The notes under the pieces were generated by a model. That model had not been told where the DNA came from. It did not search any database and saw nothing but the letters and a program-made list of their open reading frames with translations. A stretch of DNA of 13,465 nucleotides from Tolypothrix carrinoi HA7290-LM1 (GTDB lineage Bacteria; Cyanobacteriota; Cyanobacteriia; Cyanobacteriales; Nostocaceae): NCBI GenBank assembly GCA_019358935.1, contig JAHHIK010000160.1:1-13465 (forward strand), in the 5' to 3' direction. Both the position numbers and the translations under genes were made by a program. This document shows, piece by piece, positions 7,123 to 13,465 of this stretch. Positions within the stretch are counted from its first letter, which is position 1. Every line of letters starts with the position of its first letter.

Positions 7123-8703
7123 ATGTCTAAGGTTCTAGTCTCCGATCCAATTGACCAAGCTGGGATTGACATTCTCTCCCAAGTTGCCACTGTCGATGTT
7201 AAAACAAATCTCAAACCAGCAGAACTAATAGAAATCATTGGTGAATATGACGCGCTGATGATTCGTTCTGGCACTCAAGTTACCAAAGAAATCATTCAAG
7301 CCGGCACGCAATTAAAAATTATCGGTCGTGCTGGTGTCGGTGTCGATAATGTCGATGTTCCCGCAGCCACCCGCCAAGGTATAGTCGTTGTTAACTCTCC
7401 TGAGGGTAACACGATCGCCGCTGCCGAACACGCGCTAGCAATGATGTTATCTTTATCTCGCTACATTCCCGATGCCAATGCTTCTGTAAAACGCAATGAG
7501 TGGGATCGTAAAACTTTTGTTGGCGCAGAAGTATACAAAAAAACTCTCGGTATTGTCGGTTTAGGCAAAATCGGTTCTCATGTAGCTGCTGTTGCTAGAG
7601 CAATGGGAATGCGATTGTTAGCTTTTGACCCTTTCATTTCCACAGAACGAGCCGAGCAAATAGGCTGTCAATTAGTCGATTTGGATCTTCTATTGCAGCA
7701 AGCAGATTATATCACGTTACACATCCCGAAAACTCCGGAAACGACACATTTAATCAACGCCGAGAGATTGGCGAAGATGAAACCCAATGCCAGGATAATT
7801 AACTGCGCTCGTGGTGGGATAATTGATGAAGACGCTTTAGCTGCTGCGCTGAAAGAAGGTAAAATAGCAGGGGCAGCTTTGGATGTTTACGAATCAGAAC
7901 CTCTAAAAGAATCTCAACTGCGAGCGATCGGTAAAGAAGTTATCCTCACTCCTCATTTAGGCGCATCCACTACAGAAGCACAAGTAAATGTAGCGATCGA
8001 TGTAGCCGAACAAATCCGCGATGTGCTTTTAGGACTACCCGCACGTTCAGCAGTGAACATTCCCGGACTTAATCCCGATGTCTTGGAAGAACTTAAACCC
8101 TACATGCAGCTAGCAGAAACCTTAGGTAGACTAGTCGGACAACTCGCCGGCGGACGAGTAGAATTACTGAACGTGCGGTTACAAGGCGAACTCGCAACCA
8201 ACAAAAGTCAGCCTTTAGTTGTCGCTGCCCTCAAAGGACTACTTTACCAAGCTCTACGCGAACGTGTAAACTACGTTAATGCCAGCATCGAAGCCAAAGA
8301 ACGCGGAATTCGTGTCATTGAAACGCGGGATGCTTCAGTTAAAGACTATGCCGGTTCGCTGCATCTCGAAGCTACAGGTTCTTTAGGTACTCATTCTGTA
8401 ACCGGCGCTTTGTTAGGTGACGGAGAAATCTACCTTACCAATATTGATGGGTTCCCGATTAGCGTCCCCCCCAGCCAATACATGGTATTCACCTTACACC
8501 GCGACATGCCGGGAATTATCGGCAAACTCGGTTCCCTACTCGGCAGTTTTAATGTCAATATTGCCAGTATGCAAGTAGGCAGAAAAATCGTTCGTGGTGA
8601 TGCTGTGATGACACTCAGCATTGATGACCCCTTACCCGATGGCATTTTGACGGAAATCATCAAAGTGCCGGGAATTAGGGACGCATACACGGTAACACTT
8701 TAA
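7123..8703 (+). CDS. serA: D-3-phosphoglycerate dehydrogenase
   Basis: 526 aa; IIGRAGVGVDNVD, Rossmann GIVGLGKIG, INCARGGIIDE, TPHLGAST, and a C-terminal ACT domain (HRDMPGIIG). Confidence 0.98.
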   Translation: MSKVLVSDPIDQAGIDILSQVATVDVKTNLKPAELIEIIGEYDALMIRSGTQVTKEIIQAGTQLKIIGRAGVGVDNVDVPAATRQGIVVVNSPEGNTIAAAEHALAMMLSLSRYIPDANASVKRNEWDRKTFVGAEVYKKTLGIVGLGKIGSHVAAVARAMGMRLLAFDPFISTERAEQIGCQLVDLDLLLQQADYITLHIPKTPETTHLINAERLAKMKPNARIINCARGGIIDEDALAAALKEGKIAGAALDVYESEPLKESQLRAIGKEVILTPHLGASTTEAQVNVAIDVAEQIRDVLLGLPARSAVNIPGLNPDVLEELKPYMQLAETLGRLVGQLAGGRVELLNVRLQGELATNKSQPLVVAALKGLLYQALRERVNYVNASIEAKERGIRVIETRDASVKDYAGSLHLEATGSLGTHSVTGALLGDGEIYLTNIDGFPISVPPSQYMVFTLHRDMPGIIGKLGSLLGSFNVNIASMQVGRKIVRGDAVMTLSIDDPLPDGILTEIIKVPGIRDAYTVTL

Positions 8704-8933
8704 AGAGTTAGGAGTTACGAGTAGAGTTAGGAGTTAGGAGTTAAGAGTGAGGAATGAAGAGTTAAAAATTAATAGTAAAGAATTTTTTATTTTTAACTCC
8801 TAACTCCTAACTTCTAACTCCTAACTCCTCACTCCCCAACGCCAGTCGCTACAAACTCCTCCACCCCCGCAACGCGCTGGCTCCTCCCCACTCGCAACTC
8901 CTAACTCCTCACTCCTAACTCCAAACTCCTAAC
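8704..8933. repeat. Heptamer short tandem repeats (GAGTTAG)n then (AACTCCT)n in inverted arrangement, with an embedded dispersed repeat at about 8838-8884
   Basis: Direct reading. The two blocks are complementary and could form a long hairpin. The embedded AACGCCAGTCGCTACAA...CGCAACGCGCTGGCTCC is a reverse-orientation relative of 1740-1813. Confidence 0.9.
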
Positions 8934-8941
8934 TTTTTCTT

Positions 8942-9862
8942 GTGGCAAACACCTGGTGGGAACTACAAATTCTGTGTGAACCAGACCTAGAAGAATCTAT
9001 CTTTTGGCGTTTGGAAAATTTCGGCTGTCGTGGTACAGCGAGTGAAACAAAAGCAAATTCCTGTTTAGTGCGGGGTTATTTGCCGCAATTTCAAGCACAG
9101 TTACTCGATTTGGCAGCGCTTTCATTATGGCTGCGTCAAGATGCTTTGTGTGTCGGATTGTCTGCACCGACTTTGCATTGGCAGATAATTGATGAGGAAG
9201 ATTGGTCAAGTAGCTGGAAACAACATTGGCAACCTCAAGAAATAGGCGATCGCTTTCTCATCAACCCCGCTTGGCTACCTCTACCACAATCAGGCGATCG
9301 GCTGGTGATTAAATTAGACCCAGGTGTTGCTTTTGGCACAGGCAACCATGCCACAACTCAGTTGTGTTTAGAATCATTAGAAATGCGTTTTGCCCAAGTA
9401 CCGCCATCTTTCGCAAATACAGACGCGCAACAAAACCTTGTGGTAATTGCCGATATCGGCTGCGGTTCTGGTATCCTTTCGATAGGGGCATTGCTTCTGG
9501 GAGCAAAGAAAGCTTATGCAGTAGATACCGACCCTTTAGCAGTACAATCAACTAAGAGCAATCGCATCCTCAACGATATTAATGCAGAAAAGCTGGTAAC
9601 AGCAGAGGGAAGCGTAGACGTTTTAGCAAAACTGCTAGAAAAGCCCGTTGATGGAATCGTCTGCAATATTTTGGCTGATGTGATTATTCAACTAGTACCG
9701 CAAATGAGTGCGATCGCTAAATCTACCACTTGGGGTATCTTCAGTGGTATTTTATTAGAGCAATCGAAATCTGTTGCTGATGCTTTAGAAAAAAACGGTT
9801 GGGTAGTTGCTACTTTGTGGCGTCGTAAAGAATGGTGTTGTTTGAATGTGCGGCGATCGTAA
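8942..9862 (+). CDS. prmA: 50S ribosomal protein L11 methyltransferase
   Basis: [54 protein letters not shown] start. Confidence 0.97.
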   Translation: MANTWWELQILCEPDLEESIFWRLENFGCRGTASETKANSCLVRGYLPQFQAQLLDLAALSLWLRQDALCVGLSAPTLHWQIIDEEDWSSSWKQHWQPQEIGDRFLINPAWLPLPQSGDRLVIKLDPGVAFGTGNHATTQLCLESLEMRFAQVPPSFANTDAQQNLVVIADIGCGSGILSIGALLLGAKKAYAVDTDPLAVQSTKSNRILNDINAEKLVTAEGSVDVLAKLLEKPVDGIVCNILADVIIQLVPQMSAIAKSTTWGIFSGILLEQSKSVADALEKNGWVVATLWRRKEWCCLNVRRS

Positions 9863-10219
9863 CTCTCAAGGAACAATTTTTGCCACAATGATAGACCATG
9901 ACAGACTCTTCAAAGAACTCCTCTCTAACTTTTTCTGTGAATTTATCGAGCTATTTTTCCCCACCATCAGCACATACTGGGAAAGGGAATCTATAGAATT
10001 TTTACCCCAGGAAATATTTACCGATGTCACCGAGGGAGAGAAAAAAATTCTCGATATCGTCGTCAAAGCCAAATTTAGGAATCAGGATACTGTATTTATC
10101 ATCCACACCGAACACCAATCCTACTCCCAAGCAGGTTTTGAGCGACGAATGTTTGCATACTTCGCTCGTTTACATGAAAAATATGCTCTCCCCATTTATC
10201 CCATCGTCATTTATTCCCA

Positions 10220-11004
10220 GGCGTTGCTGAACCAAAATATGAATCAAGCGATCGCCTTAAGCTCAGTGGCGCTACGCGCCTTTACTCGCCACTGAGCCAT
10301 ACTTAAGATAATGTATTACTAAACGAATTGAATGTTTAAGCATTTCCTCGGATGCGCGAGTAACAAAAACTTTTACGATGTAGTCGAGCAAGATAATGTC
10401 TTAAACGACTATTCTCTCCCTCCACTCTTGTCATATATGTTTTACTAACGATGTGATCTTCATTGTTGATAAAACAAGGATAAACAGGATAACCATCGGT
10501 GACGTAAAAATAAGACTGCCAACATCTTATTATCAACCACAAATGTTTAAAAGTTTTTGAACTTCTGTCGCCTAAGACCCAAGCTATAATTCCTGGAACG
10601 CTTTGATTTACCGCTGTCCACAGCCAAATCTTGTTTTTTTTGAGCCAATAAAAGTTTCTAGTTCATCGATTTCTGTTACTTCCGGTATTTCACTTCTGTA
10701 AGGTGTATCTGGTAAAGTGCTAGCCACTTGCTTCACCCAATTTATAACAGTAGTATGATGTACTTTTTTAACTCTTTCTATCGCCCGGAACCCAGAACCA
10801 TTGACATACATTTCTAGGCATTCACTTTTAATATCTTCCGTGTATCCTTTTTGAGCATAAGATTCGCTCTCACTGACGTTTACAGTTGACACATATGTAG
10901 TTTTGTTTACCACGTTGCCGCCCATTCTTACGAATGTGAGTAGATTCACACCTTGGACATTACAAGCGCGATCGCCCATTATCATATTTCTATTCTGCAA
11001 CGCC
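10220..11004 (-). mobile_element. IS1-family insertion sequence, 785 bp, with 8-bp target site duplication TATTCCCA
   Basis: Terminal inverted repeats GGCGTTGCTGAACCAAAATATGA and (reverse complement of the right end) GGCGTTGCAGAATAGAAATATGA. TATTCCCA occurs at 10212-10219 and 11005-11012. Confidence 0.95.
10272..10965 (-). pseudogene. IS1-family transposase (InsA/InsB), inactivated
   Basis: Zinc ribbon CPRC...CVNC, HTH GFRAIERVKKVHHTTVINW, DELETF, A8C slippery site (T run 10634-10641), TDG and VEGENSRLRHYLARLHRK. Lesions: TTG TAA at the start, a stop/frameshift near 10870 and a frameshift near 10355. Confidence 0.9.
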
Positions 11005-11353
11005 TATTCCCACGACTCCCCGCAAGCACCAGAACCGAATTGCTATCGCATCGATTTTCCCAACAAGAAAATTCTGGAATTTAACTACGAAGTTATTCAG
11101 TTAAATCAATTACAATGGCAAGCCTTTGTAAATCAGCGAAATCCCTTAGCTAGTGCATTAATGTCGAAAATGCGGATGGATGTTCAAGAACGTCCTATAG
11201 TTAAGCTGATCTCATTACAATTACTTGCGAGTTTGGGACTAAATCCAGCACAAATGCAATTAATATCAGGATTTATTGATACCTATCTCAAGTTAAACCC
11301 CGAAGAGAAAATACGCTTTGAAGCAGAACTTGCTACGATTGAACCAAGACAGC

Positions 11354-11367
11354 AGGAGGATGTTATG
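11354..11367 (+). promoter_or_regulatory. Putative internal ribosome-binding site and in-frame ATG within the Rpn gene
   Basis: AGGAGG (11354-11359), 5-nt spacer, ATG at 11365. Confidence 0.6.
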
Positions 11368-11649
11368 CAAATAGTCACCAGTTGGATGGAAGAAGGTATC
11401 GAACAAGGTATCGAACGGGGTATCGAACAAGGAAGAAAGCAAGGAGAATTAGCTTTGCTTAACCGTCAACTTAACCGTCGTTTTGGTTCGCTGTCTCCTC
11501 AACTGCAAGAAATAATTGATAATTTGCCAATTCCACAGTTGGAGGAGTTGGGTGAAGCGTTGCTAGATTTTACCACTATTGACGATTTGTCAGCTTGGTT
11601 TGAAGGTAAGTGAGAGCGCACAATTGAACCAAGACAGCAGAAGGATGTT

Positions 11650-11898
11650 ATGCAAATAGTCACCAGTTGGATGGAAGAAGGTATCGAACGAGGTATCGAA
11701 CGAGGTATCGAACAAGGAAGAAAGCAAGGAGAATTAGCTTTGCTTAACCGTCTACTTAACCGTCGTTTTGGTTCGCTGTCTCCTCAACTGCAAGAAAGAA
11801 TTGATAATTTGCCAATTGCACAATTGGAAGAGTTGGGTGAAGCGTTGCTAGATTTTACCACTATTGACGATTTGTCAGCTTGGTTTGAAGGTAAGTAA
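11650..11898 (+). CDS. Stand-alone DUF4351 domain protein (RpnS-like), 82 aa
   Basis: Open frame with AGAAGG-N5-ATG; differs from the upstream C-terminal 82 aa at 4 residues. Confidence 0.7.
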   Translation: MQIVTSWMEEGIERGIERGIEQGRKQGELALLNRLLNRRFGSLSPQLQERIDNLPIAQLEELGEALLDFTTIDDLSAWFEGK

Positions 11899-11906
11899 GA
11901 GCGCAC

Positions 11907-12062
11907 AATCCCAAATCTTGTAGGGTGCTGTTAGCGAAGCATAACGCACCATTGATATTATTTTTATCGCTCGCCTGAAGGTGCGTGACGGCAAATTTGA
12001 TTATCTCGTTACGGTTCATAATTTATCGCAGCCGTCACACACTCTACAAATCTTTGGGGATT
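11907..12062. repeat. Inverted pair of GTAG-type REP-like palindromes between convergent genes (possible bidirectional terminator)
   Basis: GTAGGGTGCTGTTA...TAACGCACC (11920-11950) and GGTGCGTGACGGC...GCCGTCACACACTCTAC (11980-12047), with outer AATCCCAAA/TTTGGGGATT complementarity. Confidence 0.75.
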
Positions 12063-12078
12063 GCAAAAAAAGGAGTCC

Positions 12079-12174
12079 TCAAAGATATAAGGCAATACGA
12101 AAACCAATATCGAAGTAGAGAGTGTCGCGCTCTGCCCTAAAGGTGAAGACGCGAAACGCGGAACGGCAGAAGTC
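12079..12174 (-). other. Putative DGR variable region (VR)
   Basis: GAC TTC TGC CGT TCC GCG TTT CGC GTC TTC ACC TTT AGG GCA GAG CGC GAC ACT CTC TAC TTC GAT ATT GGT TTT CGT. Every codon in the variable stretches ends in C or T, as expected for diversified AAC/AAT codons. Confidence 0.65.
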
Positions 12175-13290
12175 AAATGTTCCCCCTGGTATCTCTACCA
12201 TTTCCAAGCTGACACCATTCCCCAAATCTTCAGTAAAGTATTTCGCGTCTAAATTCCTGCGATTAATAATATTTCCCCTCGCATCTACCGTCACAGTTTC
12301 AAAATTAAAGGTTTGTAATCTTAATTCTTTTCCTTTTATCGCTGTAAATATCCTTTCACCAACAAAAGCTAAACCTAGACCAGCAACCATCCATTGCAAA
12401 CCTTGAATTACTTTGCGTCGTGGTAATAGATTGGGTTGTGCTTGCGACTTCGGATATATTGGGGGTGCTGCTAAAGACGCGATCGCATCCAATGCATCAA
12501 ACGCACTTTGATATCTGTCGCTAAAGTTGTATCGCACCATCTTTGTTAAAACATCAGCCATGCTTTCGCTGATATTTGCCCAGTTACGCCAAATTACCTC
12601 ACCATTTCTTGGGTCTTTCGGTAACTCGTGGGGTTGTACACCTGTCAAAGCATATATTCCCAACATCCCAATTGCATAAATATCACTACAAAGTTTTGGC
12701 TGTCCGCTAGCTTGTTCGCTGGGCATATAGCCAACTGTCCCAATCGCCACTGATGGGATTGTTTGTCCTTGTGCATTTACCGTCAATGTACCAATTTCTT
12801 TAACTGCACCAAAGTCAATTACAACAATTTTGCCGTCTTTGTAACGACGCATTAAGTTTGCTGGCTTTATGTCGCGGTGAATGATATTTTTATTATGGAT
12901 AACTGTAAAAACTTCGAGTATTTCCTGTAATAGCTGGGTAACTTCTGCTTCGCTCGATTGTTTTCCAGGATATATTTCTCGTCTTAAATCTTGACCATCA
13001 ATAAATTCTTGAACTAGATAAAACTCGCCATTTTCCTCGAAGTGAGCAAATAATTTAGGTATTTGGCTGCATTCATTCCCCAATCGATATAAAACTTCTG
13101 CTTCGCTTTCAAATAGCCTTTTAGCGATTTGTAATACTTTTGGGTTGGGGTTGCGTTTGAGGTGCTTAACTACGCACTGGGGATAGTTGGGTAAATCGAT
13201 GTCTTCGGCTAAATATGTGTCCCCAAATGCACCGCTTGCCAGAGTTTTGGTGATTTTGTATCGGTTGCGAAGTATTTGACCGATATGCAT
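12079..13290 (-). CDS. Hanks-type Ser/Thr kinase fused to an internally deleted FGE-sulfatase (CLec-fold) domain
   Basis: LASGAFGDTY, VVK, HRDIKPAN, DFG and GTVGYMPSEQ; hydrophobic segment WMVAGLGLAFVG. The FGE N-terminus (FTEDLGNGVSLEMVEIPGGTF) is joined directly to the FGE C-terminus (CRSAFR...IGFR). Confidence 0.88.
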   Translation of the reverse strand: MHIGQILRNRYKITKTLASGAFGDTYLAEDIDLPNYPQCVVKHLKRNPNPKVLQIAKRLFESEAEVLYRLGNECSQIPKLFAHFEENGEFYLVQEFIDGQDLRREIYPGKQSSEAEVTQLLQEILEVFTVIHNKNIIHRDIKPANLMRRYKDGKIVVIDFGAVKEIGTLTVNAQGQTIPSVAIGTVGYMPSEQASGQPKLCSDIYAIGMLGIYALTGVQPHELPKDPRNGEVIWRNWANISESMADVLTKMVRYNFSDRYQSAFDALDAIASLAAPPIYPKSQAQPNLLPRRKVIQGLQWMVAGLGLAFVGERIFTAIKGKELRLQTFNFETVTVDARGNIINRRNLDAKYFTEDLGNGVSLEMVEIPGGTFDFCRSAFRVFTFRAERDTLYFDIGFRIALYL

Positions 13291-13348
13291 AGATTTACTT
13301 AAGTTGCGTGTTGATTGGTTTTATTTTGCCATATTCGCCTTGAAGAAA

Positions 13349-13465
13349 GGCAGAGGGCAGGAGGCAGCTATGCTGAAGGAGCAATCGGATGGGGATTCAA
13401 ACCCCAACCGATTGAATCCACCGTGTAGACGGTGGGGTTTTATACCCAGTTGGCTCCAGCCAGAA
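13349..13465. repeat. GGCAGA(G/A)-type short repeats followed by a multi-hairpin palindromic element, cut by the window end
   Basis: CAATCGG.TGGGG...CCCCA.CCGATTG (13382-13414) and CCACCGT-GTAG-ACGGTGG (13418-13435). Confidence 0.6.

Larger units (their letters stand above)
9888..11613 (+). pseudogene. Rpn-family PD-(D/E)XK nuclease / putative transposase with C-terminal DUF4351, interrupted by IS1
   Basis: MIDHDRLFKELL...LDIVVK...IIHTEHQS N-terminus. Joining 9888..10219 to 11013..11613 gives 933 nt in frame (310 aa, ...PIVIYSHDSPQ...), ending in LNRRFGSL...QLEELGEALLDF....DL.AW. Confidence 0.9.
11338..11907 (+). repeat. Tandem duplication of a 285-bp unit (3' end of the Rpn/DUF4351 gene)
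   Basis: 11338..11622 versus 11623..11907. ATGs at 11365 and 11650 and stops ending at 11613 and 11898 are each 285 apart. Confidence 0.95.

Noticed and set aside
7077..9888. Short ORFs overlapping serA and prmA, and 622..918 and 12122..12406 elsewhere
   Set aside because: Antisense or off-frame to well-supported genes, with no recognisable motifs.
9846..11613. ORFs 9846..10295 and 10903..11613 as two separate genes
   Set aside because: They are halves of one Rpn gene with IS-derived tails and heads.
11338..11907. 285-bp duplication as a DGR template/variable repeat pair
   Set aside because: Both copies are coding DUF4351 sequence, not AAC-rich, the differences include non-adenine changes (for example CCA/GCA), and no RT is nearby.

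Overview
Filamentous (Nostocales-like) cyanobacterial DNA, judged from about 21 HIP1 octamers (GCGATCGC) and typical short tandem and dispersed repeats. The left 6.7 kb is a minus-strand accessory/defence-like array: a truncated DUF6887-like gene, a 1154-aa NACHT NTPase with 11 near-identical 102-bp HEAT-like repeats that vary mainly at a few positions, an intact hicAB pair, a second decayed hicAB whose hicA is split by a DUF6888/DUF6887-like pair plus nested palindromic repeats, a small helical protein with an HNH nuclease, and a conserved hypothetical gene. The middle holds the housekeeping genes serA and prmA. On the right, an Rpn/DUF4351 gene is cut by a degenerate 785-bp IS1-family element with an 8-bp target duplication, and its C-terminal 285 bp, carrying an internal RBS and ATG, is tandemly duplicated. 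A convergent Ser/Thr kinase has lost the core of its FGE-sulfatase (C-type lectin fold) domain but keeps a terminal segment that looks like a diversity-generating retroelement (DGR) variable region. All family assignments come from motif recognition, not database searches.
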